The position numbers were made by a program, and so were the translations under genes. The notes under the pieces are model-generated. The model had not been told where the DNA came from. It saw only the letters and a program-made list of their open reading frames with translations, and searched no databases. A stretch of DNA of 64,000 nucleotides from Balanoglossus misakiensis. Taxonomy: Eukaryota > Animalia > Hemichordata. Shown piece by piece: positions 41,301 to 53,500 of the stretch (positions within the stretch are counted from its first letter, which is position 1; every line of letters starts with the position of its first letter). Location: contig CM082586.2 in the NCBI GenBank assembly GCA_040954595.2, positions 3,268,349 to 3,332,348 on the forward strand, given 5' to 3'.

Positions 41301-42897
41301 CTTTAACTACTGGTCCTGGCAAAACACCAGCCACTTTGCCACCTGGTAAGTGCCATGTGTGGCGGTTCTTAAGTAAAACATACTTGGAAAAGCTTCGACT
41401 GGATGCTGAAATATTGCTTGCCCGTTATCTGGAAGTGACAACGCCATAGGTTACATGGCCAGATCATGTGACTGAAAGTAAATAATAACATAGACAATGA
41501 GCATGTCAATTACATTGATGTAGAGAGAACAAATGTTTTAAAACACAATAATGTTTACTCTGTCTTCATCATCCAATAGAATGTCCAACCCAGCCAGAAT
41601 GTCAAGAAAGAAGATGTCCTGACAACTATGAGCTGGTAATATTGAAGGAAGCGTGTTGTCCTGATGTTTTCGTATGTCAAGTCAGTAAGTCCTTTATCTG
41701 CTGTAATTTGTCATTTTGTTACATAGCTATGAGTATGAATGTGCAAAACTGGGCAGTGTTATGATTACACTTTTGAGGAAAAAGAGCAGAAAAGCACTAA
41801 TAAAAGTATAATACTCCATTGGCCTTTTGTATGGCCATCGAGTAAATATCTTTGATTGGCTAGATCTTAATCATCAATAAAAGGTTTGGCTATATTTGAA
41901 TAGGCCTACTTTTAAGAAGTATAGTGCAGCTGCTTATTACGAGCCTAATATGAAGTCTGAAATACCAATTTTTAATCTGTTCGCAGTTTGCTCTGGTGCA
42001 TGTCCAATGCCAAACACCACGTGCCCAGCAGGACAAACTTTGCATGGAATGGCGACGGGAATCAATGAATGTGGATGCGATGATGTCTTCTGGTGTGAGG
42101 CAGGTAAGTCAAACAGAATTTTAGCCCAGTTTTGTTTGACTCCATAATTTTTGGCAGTCAATAACAAAATACAATTGTTATTATAATTTCACTGAGTTCA
42201 TGTTTTTCCTTTGCCTTCAGATGCGGGTGTAGATTCGTGTGTACCAAGTGAATGTGAAGCACCTCCTGTGTGTAGTGATGGACACGGCTTAACATGGAGC
42301 CACAACGATGGTTGCTGCGACCATTTTACATGTGAAACAGGTGAGTCATTCCATTTGAGAGGATGCCTTTGATAACCCGAAAGACCAAATGAATCACTGA
42401 AGCCAAAAATATTGCTGAATGTGTTCGGCTGTCATCCTAGGCTGTTCACAGCTTGTTCAACTAGCCGACTTGCCTCAGAGTTAAGTATTAGCTTTACAAA
42501 AGAAAAACAGAACTATATGTCACAGTCCAATAAGGATGATTCTACCCTCTATCTGTTTTTTTTTCCCACAGTCGTACCGATCGAGCAGTGTGAAGGTCAG
42601 GTCACTCGAATGACACTGAATATCGGTGACTGCGTCAGTCTGGAGACAGTGGAACTGCGCGAGTGCAGCGGCATGTGCCACACCAGCACCTACTACACAG
42701 CACAGGGCCAGCTGCAGAGCGACTGCGACTGCTGCAGTGCTGCCACCATAGACACCAGGACGGTGGACATGGTCTGCACTGGCGGTGAAATTCAAACCAT
42801 GGAATATGAGTATGTGAGTGAATGCCAGTGCTTGGAGTGTTCATCACTCAACAGCAGCACGACTGGCGAAGAGGATCTGTTCCCCAACTTTGTGTAA
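14364..42897 (+). CDS. Gel-forming mucin A: signal peptide, 3 EGF, D1-D2-D'-D3 (VWD-C8-TIL), very long Gly/Pro/Thr PTS array with 6-Cys modules, C-terminal cystine knot; ~59 coding exons, ~5,500 aa
   Basis: Exon 1 14364-14455 ([20 protein letters not shown]), exon 2 14790-14875, EGF exons 15455-15580 and 15926-16165, linker 16388-16663. VWD1 17067-17606 (CGLCG), VWD2 from 19031 (AGDPH, CGLCG), VWD3 from 21807 (YGDPH). C8-3 motif GGDCECLC in 22612-23005. PTS array 24611-41345. Cys exons 41580-41684, 41987-42103, 42221-42340. 11-Cys CTCK exon 42572-42897. Splice phases are compatible throughout. Confidence 0.9.
24611..41345 (+). repeat. Tandem array of ~1.4-1.9 kb exon+intron cassettes (11 PTS exons, 10 micro-exon + Cys-exon pairs) with nested 174-nt and 30-nt coding repeats
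   Basis: PTS exons start at 24611, 26026, 27606, 29249, 30796, 32661, 34208, 35725, 37272, 38905, 40392. Each but the last is followed by a 45-nt exon ([14 protein letters not shown]) and a 114-nt exon ([29 protein letters not shown]). Introns are near-identical between copies. Confidence 0.95.
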
Positions 42898-43756
42898 ATT
42901 GGTAAGTTATTTATGTTATTCCTATGAGATTTATAAGCCATGGCAATAGAAGTTTGGAAATGAGTTGAATTGCCTCGTACATGTAGCTGTAACACACATG
43001 TCAAATTGTGTAATGAATTCTGGATATATTTAACAATGGTATTCACCAAATTATGTTGCAAAACTATCATTAGACCACATAACTTGATCACAGGTATATG
43101 GTCATCTATACAAATTCAGCCAATCGCAGATTTGTCCTGGGTGGCCACGCAAAATATAGCGCCACCACATCATTCTTTAGAGCACTCAAACACCATTTTA
43201 ATCACTCATATATGTAAATTATAGATGATTATATACCTTTAAGTTAGTTTGATAGAAAATATATTGACATTAATTTTTACAAATTATTGCAGTATCTTCA
43301 TAATATCTATTCTTTCACTTTCCACAGTTACAGTCACTCATGAACGACCGCACATACCAATGGACAACTGGAGATGTATACTATGACAGCGTTTATCGAC
43401 ATCTTGTTTATATGTAGCATATTTTGGTGAAGGTTATTTTACTTTTTTCCGGCATTTTCACTTGTCTTGAAACTTATTGTTTGGAGCATACAGAGTACCC
43501 ATGGTTTAAGTACAAAACAACTATGAACATTTTACATGTGCTTGGCAGTTCTGTTTTAAGAGTTCTTCTCGCCAACTGGACAAGAAACACAATTTTGTGC
43601 AAACTCAGGCTCCGTTTTTCTTTATCATTGATGACACTTTTCTCTCTTAAGACTTGTATGTATTGTATAGTATGAATACATTTTATTGATACTATGTATA
43701 TTTAATTATTTAATAGTGGGTGCAATATTGTAAGTTTTTTTCTTCTCTCAAGGTGC

Positions 43757-43762
43757 AATAAA
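43757..43762 (+). terminator. Probable polyadenylation signal of mucin A
   Basis: AATAAA downstream of a probable non-coding last exon that begins at 43328. Confidence 0.5.
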
Positions 43763-44418
43763 AATACACTAACTGTATAGAATCATTCTCAGTCTGTCGT
43801 TTGGTTGCCATACTGTGTGAATGGTGATGTCCTAGCTGGCGCCTAAATTATCTGTTTTACAAAATTAACAAGGTGATAGTGTCTAATATTATACACTTAA
43901 TCAGTGACGCAAGTTCAAGATAACTACACTAGCTACTCGTCAATGAATAACCACCTGTAGATATGAGGTATTGGAATTGTCGTTATTGCAGTAAAGTACA
44001 AATCTGCACACAACTTGCGAATAAAAAAGCTATCTGTTAAAGTTTTGGGTGTTTGTGCATTTACCAACATAACACCAAAACGATAACTTTGAAGAAATGC
44101 CAGAAACAACTAATATTGGGGATTAAATTTGTTCTACTATGGTAGTGTTCCTTTGTGCAAATTACATTCCGATGGCCGAAATCCTGTAGTTGACTGCTTA
44201 CAAGGACACGGGATAAATAAGGAATTCCCCATACATTAAATTTAGTTACTAAGATTGCGAGTGATAGCGGTTACCAAGCAGCCGGACTTCGTTATCTATT
44301 GATGACGATTTGTTACCAAAGAAAGGTTTCTTGTGACGTCATGTTTTGCATGTATATTGGTTATTTATGTTTGGTGAGAAAACTTAAGGAGTTCACGTGG
44401 TGGCCACCCCATACACCG

Positions 44419-44452
44419 ATAAATACCCTGTCAGTCCCCACCTTCATCATTC
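44419..44452 (+). promoter_or_regulatory. Putative mucin B core promoter (ATAAATA TATA-like box plus TCATTC Inr-like element)
   Basis: ATAAATA at 44419 and TCATTC ~28 nt later. CRE TGACGTCA at 44334-44341. ATG at 44580. Confidence 0.4.
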
Positions 44453-44579
44453 AAACTCGCCCACTCTGCACTCAAGGAACCAGGCAACGTGGCACTGAAG
44501 AAAACTCAGCCGAAAGTTTGAGTAAATCGAGCTCTTTAAAAGCTGGAAAGCGGCCTAAACAGCGCATATCCATGTAACT

Positions 44580-47500
44580 ATGATCAAGTTTTACCGCAGA
44601 TTCCTCTTCCTGACGGTTTTAGCGGCTCTAGAGTGCAGCGGACGCCAAGTTAAATTAGACAGGTGAGTTCGTGATACGTCCAACCTAGCATTTTTGTCAG
44701 TTCAGTGATTGCAACCAAAGTATGCCCATACAGAACTTCACAAGTCCTTCAAACGAATGTACATGTATATCTGGAATACTAGCTGCTCCGATTTTTGTCT
44801 CATTGTTTCGGACCTGCCCAACCAACGACCCTGTCATTATAGTTTAGCACACTGCAGAAAGTTTTATTGCTCGGTGGATAACGCTAATAATTGCAGAAAA
44901 ATTACTGCATGACAAGCAAACGCAGTGTGTCCATGGTAAACAAGCGCTGGCTCGGACATGTAGAAATTCCTACTCACTGGTGGTCACTAAACGTTCTGCT
45001 GCATTTTTTTTGTGATGGAGACAACTACACGCCCTAGCAACATTCGCAGTTGATGTTTATATATCTCAAACTTATCCGGACAGAAATAGATAAGAATATA
45101 CATATAACTGTTTTCCGTTGGTCCCCCTTCTTTGTCGCGATTTACGTTTATTTCGTGAATGACAGACGCCCTCATTTCTGACAGTATACTCCCGCACCCT
45201 TTGATGTATTTTTTTAAAATTGTGGAATCTCACCAGTTTTGATAATCGCGTAGATATTAGTTTCAGGTGTGGACAGCTACGGAATAAATTCCGCCACATC
45301 CGTTGTGACGTGACCAAGTTCCGTTGGAGCACCGTATCCGTCATGTTGACGAAGTCATTACATCACAATCACAAAGCTTATCGCCGTGTCAGATTCCTTT
45401 GAGATTGCCAATTTCAACAGTTAAACAGGATATTTGCTTACAGTCGGTTTATTTCAAACCAGTACACGTCAGAATCTACGTCAACATTCCTATCTCCCAA
45501 AAGCAATGTCTGATTTTCGTGTTTTTTTCTCCCTAATTTGGGTACATTTCTGCAGCCATATATAGTTTGTTTTATTTTGGACAGACTCAGTCTACATCGT
45601 GATAATGTTCAAGCAATCAGGTGATTTGTGAAAAACTTTGAAACAGCCGAGGCATCAATCAGTACGTGTGCAGAAAGAGGAGCCTGAGTAATGTCTTGAG
45701 TGAAGGTCTTAGTTGATATTTAACACGGAAAACGTTATCATTTTGTACATTTCATGCGGATCTGCTGCTTCCGTAGGATCTTAACTGATAAGAACGCGGA
45801 AAAGTTAGCTTTTGATGCGGACCTGCTGCTTCAGGAACTACCTCACAGTTGAGAGATTTAAAACATTATAAACACCTCCTATGTGCCTACCACCGTTAGT
45901 ATAGTCTGAAACTATTGCTGATAGTCTGAACAGAACAGGTTAATCAATATATCGGTTTTAGTTTATCGATGGAACATGGCATTATATGATATGAAATCAT
46001 CGATAAAGGAATTACGATGATCAGAACGCTCTAAATGATAAAATCTCGCTACCTTCAGAAAAATGTCTTCGCTCGGATGACATATTTACCCTCAAAGTAC
46101 AATGTAACTTGGTTTAATTTTGTTGTATTTGCTCATTCTCTTCTGTAGTCTCGGTGACGATGCTCTGATTGACCAGTTGTACCTATTACGTCACAAAGGT
46201 GGAGCTGACCAAGGTAAACAACTAACATCTAATCACAAACAACTAACATCTAATCACAGGACTGTCCTTCTACAAGACATTAAGAATCCATCTTCAACTT
46301 TTCTCAGCATGGCGGTTTGTAAGACATCAAGCAACATGGCGCGTAGGCAAAGCCAGGCATGGTTGAACAGAGTGTAGCGACCCCACTGCATTCACGACCA
46401 AGAGTTGATCCCTTCCCTCTCGAGCTGAGTACACACAGTTATGTAATGTGTCGCTCGGTGTCGTTCGAAAACTTTAATAAAATGGAATTATTTTGCCACG
46501 TATACGTAATGATGCGTAACCTGGTGATTTCGACAGTGGGGTCGATCTGAACTATTTAACCCACCAGTACACATGACATGCGTGGTTAGGGCCAGGAGAA
46601 AGGCAACTAGCAACCTGAACCGTAAAAGACAATTCGCATATATTAAGCAAAAACGGCAAGAAATGTGACAGAAACGAGATCACTTCACCAGAAAAATAAC
46701 CAAAAAAGGTAATCTAACAGTCACACAACAAGGACAGTTATTAAAATGATCACGTGCTCAAAAGGTTGGTGACCCATCAATGTACACATGTACGTTTGAC
46801 ACTTGAGTGTTGCTAGGCAAAATTTATGAAGACGCCTACGCGTTCGTACACAGTCTGGACTGGTATCGAAATCGCACGAGATAATGGGCACTTATACAGT
46901 AAGTATCAGAATCTCAGAAGATATCGTTGCCAAGGGTTCGGACTCTACTGACGCTTTCAGCAGAGCGCCCCCTCTAAAGAAAGACATAACTGATCCATGT
47001 CATTCAGAACCGTCCTCAGAATCCTGCTTATTCCTGCCAAATGATAACACACGCCTGCAAAGCAGACAATTCTGAAAAAGATATGCTTACGCACTCCTTT
47101 TAAAAACCCAAACCTTGGAGGTTACGATGATACTTATTTAAATCCTACTTCCTCGATAATTTTAAAGTCCCCATCACAAATAAAGTCATGATCTGACAGA
47201 ACATTCTTCTCTGTAGATATTGGTGTGAAGGCGGCTCCCATGATCCCACGAGCGCCGACGCTGCCAGCAACGACTCATGTACCATCTACAGCGAGATCGA
47301 CTACACAGCCCACGACAAGCACGGTCCCAACCACAACAACAAAGCGAACTACGTTGCCACTGGTAACCGAAGCTCCAGCGACGACAGGTCGGTACCATTT
47401 CGCGGATCTGGATGATCAGTTTTTGTTTGTGACGTGTAACAGAGAGGGTGGGGCAGACAGACAGACACACAGACACACAGAGAGACACTGAAGCCAGACA

Positions 47501-50500
47501 GAGACAGACAAATAAACAGACAGACAGACAGACAGACAAAAAAGTCCATTTGGATGGTTTCAGATGCCCACCCAAAAGACTGGCCTAACGGGGGGGGGGG
47601 CTACATTGTACTTTCAATGCAGTCCTATAACAATCACAACCATACCTTTATCATACTTCACGGGTGAGACATTAAAAACCAGAACCCTACCTTGCGTCAT
47701 CCTACAGGTCCACCACCACGTGAATCCGGGTACTGCGCCACCTGGGGAAAGGACCAATACCAAACCTTTGATGGTTCTCACTACATGTACCAGGGTTCGT
47801 GTACCTACAAGCTGGTCTCCGATTGTTTCAGCGCATTATTCGACGTCTACGTTCACAACGATGGCGACTGCGAGTACAAAGCGTGCAAACGGTCCATCAC
47901 CGTCGACACCACAGGGGATCCGAGAAACGGTGTTTATCTGACGGTAGAAGATGACGGACGCGTGTCGGTATCCAAGGGCGACCAGAGCCTCGCCATCCCA
48001 ACATTCATAGACGCCCTTCTGATCGAGAAGATAGCCCATTACATCGTCATTCGCAGCAGTCTTGGCTTCAGTGTTGTCTGGGATACCAGAGAATATATTG
48101 GCGTCTCCGTCACAACCGACTACTGGGACCATACCTGCGGACTCTGCGGCCACTACAACGGCGATCCAAGCGACGATTTCACTGATTCCAGCGGTCATGT
48201 TCAAAGTGACCCTTACGACTTCGCAGAAAGCTGGAAGGTTATACTGGACGATGAAGGTCAGTACCATCTGGAAGATATGGTAAAGAGAAAGTAGTCGTTA
48301 ATTTTTCATAACCAATTGATTTTTTTTGTTATACGCATCAACCACAGTTTCGTCTTATACTGGAGACATGATAGGTAACCCAATACAGATGTACAAAGTC
48401 TTCCGAAATCAAAATTATTTTGACCATCTGATTTCTTGGTGAGATAGGAGCCGTCAATGTACTCAATATTCCTATCATATACCACAATTCAATAATTTTC
48501 ACGTTTGGTTTTCTTTTATTGTGTAAAAAATAACTTTTCGTTTCCGACAGGCTGCGATGCAACCCCGCCATTACCACCTGTGTGTACATCTGTGTACATC
48601 CCACCAGTATATCGGGACCAGTACACAGAATTCATTCAACATCAAGCTTACGTCTCATACACGTGTGCTCAGTTGGAACAAGCGCCATTCGACCAGTGTC
48701 ATGCAGTAAGTTAAACGCGCAATAATCGCACAGAAAAGTACTTTTATGATGACTGCTGATTATGCATGCTACAAGCGTCCTCACATAAAGTGTACAAATG
48801 TATGACAATACACAGAAGACGCTGTCTTTGCTATAACTACACAATGCCAGTGCTGGGTTTTCTTCAAAACGCTTGCAAATAATGTTTTTTTCTCTCCAGA
48901 TCGTCGACCCACAGCCTTACATTGACGCTTGTGAACACGAGACCTGCAACTGCAACGAAACCGACGCTTCGTGTCCGTGCGATAATTTCGAAGCTTATGC
49001 ACGTGAATGCGAAAGGAACGGAGTTACTCTGGACTGGAGGACTGATCAACTTTGTCGTAAGTGGCAGTAGACTGATCGTGTATCTTTCGAGATGCCGGTT
49101 GAAATGGCATGATTTACTATTTTTGATTACACTAGATTAAGTTTAATAATATATTTCAGCGATTACTTGTAAACCGGGGTTTGTGTACGACCACTGCGGA
49201 ACGACTTGCCCCAGTACGTGCCTTCAGAAACAACCGATCTGCGAGGACGATTTCTGCGTGGACGGGTGTCGCTGTCCGGACGATACATACTTGCATGATG
49301 GAGAGTGTGTGGATCTGTCTGAGTGCACGTGCACCTATCAGGGTGAGGAGTATCCACCCGGTTCGGTGCTGTCCAAGGACTGCAATGAATGGTGGGTAAT
49401 TAAGCCATTTACCTTGAGGACACACCACGTCCGTACATCTCACTGCTATCATTATCTAAGTTTATTGCACATACAAAATAATCCATGGAATTAAAAAGCA
49501 AGCGATAAGCTTTAACAATCTTGTACCATTTTTATTCAGCTTATGCCACAATGGGAAATGGGATTTCTGTACAGACAACCAGTGCGACGGTTAGTAAATT
49601 TGGCGTTTAGAAAGATTCATATCATGTTTGATTTGAAATGACAAAAAATCATCAGATTTTCAAACGTTTGATAGTTTACGTAAATTATCTGTCCTTTGAT
49701 GTATAGGCGTTTGTTCCATCTGGGGAGACCCACATTTTGAGACTTTCGACGGTCGAAAGTACAATTTCCACGGGGAGTGCACCTATGTGGTTGTCGAGAA
49801 CTGTTTTGATGCGGCCAGTGACTACAGAATCGTCGGCGAGACCTCGTCCTGCAGCTTGATTGATAGTCACACCTGTCTGTCCAGTGTGCACATCTACGTT
49901 GGAACATCTCACGTGAAGTTGAAGAAGAACCACGAGGTTATCGCGAATGGCGAGGACGTGACGTCATTTCCTTATGATCTGGAGGGCGCCGTACTGATAG
50001 AGAAAGTGACTTCAATGTTTTTGAAGGTGAACTGCTCAATGCAATTTTAGAATGATAAATTTTTTATCAAAGGTTCTGCGACTACCAACGTGTGCAATTG
50101 AAAATGGCTGCCAAGTATGTGACAAGAATCGACAGACAAAAGTTTCCATAGAAATTGAAATATATGTACATGTACATGTAGTAAAGAGTGAAAGTAACTC
50201 TTTTCCCTCTGAAAATCTGTCAAGTATGTTCTTCAACCAAAAATGAAGTAACAATAGCCGAACATGTGCTTTACAACTTACAGGCAACCCTACATAACGG
50301 GTTACAAGTATTGTGGGATGGAGACACAAGAGCCTACGTCACAGCCACGGCAGAGCATGCCAACAACACTTGTGGTCTGTGCGGAACATTCAACAACAAT
50401 CAACTCGATGACTTTTACACTAAACAAGGTAAACCACAGATACAAATACATGTCAAAACATTGTCTGAAGACAATAGATTAGAGCACGGTTACCGTGATT

Positions 50501-53500
50501 AGAGTTAATCATCTTCACCAAATTCGCTAAAGGATCTGAATATAGGTTTGAAACTATTTTTCGAGCTATAGCTTTAGCCATATTTTCATACTGGCCGAAA
50601 AAATGTAATGTCGTGGAATTTTGCTTTTTTTAGGGGATATCGAAGTGAACCCGACTGATTTTGGTAACAAGTGGAAGTACGACCAAAGCTGTGCCAACGT
50701 TCCTTCAAGCGACCTTTATGCTGTGAATCCGTGTGATCTGTACTCTCAGAATGCGGCGCAGGCAGCACAGACTTGTTCGCGCATGAACACTGATCCTATA
50801 TTTCAAGGTTCGAAAATGATTTTTTAATTATTTTTCTGCCATCAAGACGTTCAGGAAACAGGAATATGCTATATGCAAAGTTTGAGAAGTTTTGTGACTG
50901 AAATTTTCTCAGAAATAAATCTAGCCTAAAGGTTACCGCTTGCATCATTCTAAAGTACCTCGCTTTACACGTCTAACTTCCCAGCATGCCACTCGGTTCT
51001 CCTCCCAACGACTTACATTCAGAGCTGCATCTACGATTTCTGCAAGTGTGAAGACAATTCCTGCCACTGCGATGCGTTTGCGCATTATGCGCACGACTGC
51101 GCGCAGAGGGGCGTTGTCATCGATTGGAGGTCATCAACCCTAGAATGTGGTGAGTAGTACGATTTTAAAACGACTCACAACGTCAGAGTTTTTATAACGC
51201 GAATATTGAATACTCAGTTGAGCTTACTGTGCCCTGGTAGCCAAGTTTGAAAAAATGGTAAAATAACCATGTTTTGGTGGCGCGCATCAAGCATCTCGAT
51301 ACTTTCCAGTCTGGGAGCATCTTTATGGTAACAGAGCAATATTGGATATTTAGCAGGTTCTATGTATCGTATATTTTAATCCGGATGTTTCACCACAGAC
51401 ACGAACTGCGATGCCGGTAAAGTCTACGAGCCGTGTGCGAACAGCTGTTCCACAACCTGCCCGCTCAACACAGATCTGTACGGCGACTGCCATCCACAGT
51501 GTGTCGAGGGATGCGTCTGTCCGCAAGGGATGGTACTCGATCCGAACGGTCGGTGCGTGCCGGACGACAAGTGTCCGTGCACTCACGGTGGTCAAGTGTA
51601 CGACCACGGCCAAACCTTGATGAAGCTGTGTGAAACCTGGTAAGAAGTTCTCCACAAAGATGGGCAAATTTATGTTCACATCGTCGTCAACTGAGTATTC
51701 TCTTTAGTAACATTTCAAAACTGACCAACACAATCACAGACTAACACCATCTGAATCTTTTACAGTATCTGTGATGGCGGCAACTGGCAATGTGACGGCA
51801 TGACCTGCCCGACAGGGGTGACGTGTCCCCCCAACATGGAGCACACGGACTGCGTGTCGGAGTGCGTGCAGACGTGCAGCAACTACGCCGACTTCGAGGG
51901 TTGCACGCCCGCCGAGTGCGAACCTGGCTGTCAGTGCTCGGCCGGCTACGTGTGGAACGGCCAGGAATGTGTCCTCCCGTCTGAGTGTCCCTGCATGCAT
52001 GGCGGCAAGGAGTATCAGCCCGGGGATATCATCAAAGTGGACTGCAACAAATGGTAGGTTGTTCTCCCGGCTTGGTAGTCCTTGAATGAGCATATGCTAT
52101 GCACACAGCTAACCTTTATGAGCAGAGCAACACAACATTTAGTCTTACTCTGAGTCTCTTTAATACTTCTTACCACTGCATTTGTTCTCGTTACTTCACA
52201 GCGCATGTCAAGGAACCCAGGGATGGCAGTGTGAGCAGAACAGCTGCGCAGGTACGAAAAATGTCCTGGTGACAATCGATATATTAGGCTTCTTCTTTCC
52301 AGACACGTTCATAGGCAGTTATCAGGAAAGGTCTTTCAGGAACAAATCACTCTAATCCTGATCCCAACCGATCATCATTGTTCATACTTCTCTGCCTTTT
52401 CCAGGTCAATGTAGCGTATTCGGAGATCCTCATTTCGAAACTTACGACGGCAAGCAGTACGAGTTCCAAGGAGATTGCGCGTACTATGTCTCCCGTAGCA
52501 ACGACCAAAATGGCCACAAGTTCGCGGTGATTGCCGAGAACATTCCTTGTGGAACCAGCGCAGTGACGTGTTCAAAATCCATCACCATGACGATAGGTGA
52601 GTTCCAAGAATAAGCATGCGCCATTTCAAAATATGATATTTCGCCAAAGGCACGGCACTTTGGAAAAAAACGGTCCGAGCTGTGGAGGCGGTTTACTTTA
52701 CTCTGCTCTGTGTATCCTTTCGCAGACAACGGTGGTATCACCCACATCCTGCATCTGGTCAGAGGGAGTGATCCCGTAGTGCCACCTGGATCAGAGGACG
52801 TTTTTCTTGTCAGCCATATTGGATTATATACTTTCGTCCACACTTCGATCGGTGTGACTTTGCAATGGGATCGAGGAACGAGATTTTACATCAGACTAGA
52901 CTACGATCATCACAACCAGGTGAGATATAAAAAATCTCCTAGCTATTTCTATATTCTCGTTTTGAGGATTTTTTTCGTTGGGAAACATTTAGAAGTTTTC
53001 GTGGAATAGTCTAACCAAGGACATCTTTTACCGACACAGGTTGAAGGTCTGTGCGGGAATTTTAACGGAAACCAAAACGACGATTTCTTGGGGCCAAGTG
53101 GAGGATTCTCGTACACAGATCCCGATATGTTTGGTGACAGTTGGAAGGTAAGGCCGTGATCCTTGATTATTGTGATTCTATGTTTGATTCCGATCTGGTG
53201 CGTAAAAGATGACCAAAAGATTCACCTAATGTATGTGTTTCATTCATTGACCGACCTTCAGTTCCACCAAGTCAGATATCAACGGTGTTTCCTTTCAGGT
53301 ACACGACTACTGCCCAGATGCACCCATCGTCCTCAACCCTTGCGAGCTGAACCCCCACCGCAAAACCTGGGCCAAGAAGCAGTGCAGTGTTCTGAAGTCG
53401 GAGCTCTTCCAGCCTTGCCACGCGGAAGTCCCCTTCGAGTCTTACCTGGAAGACTGCGAGTACGACGCCTGCGCATGCGACACGGGTGGCGACTGCGAGT

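Noticed and set aside
24603-41334. Long minus-strand Val/Gly/Pro ORFs (elastin-like VGPVPG) and plus-strand Gln-rich alternative-frame ORFs
   Set aside because: These are shadows of Thr/Pro/Gly codon repeats that lack stops in other frames. Splice sites and phases support only the PTS frame.
24611-41345. Regular repeat-spacer appearance suggesting a CRISPR array or satellite
   Set aside because: Eukaryotic coding exon/intron duplications; there are no unique spacers or cas genes.
46216-46257. 21-bp tandem duplication right after the mucin B exon 2 donor
   Set aside because: Ordinary intronic slippage duplication with no evident function.
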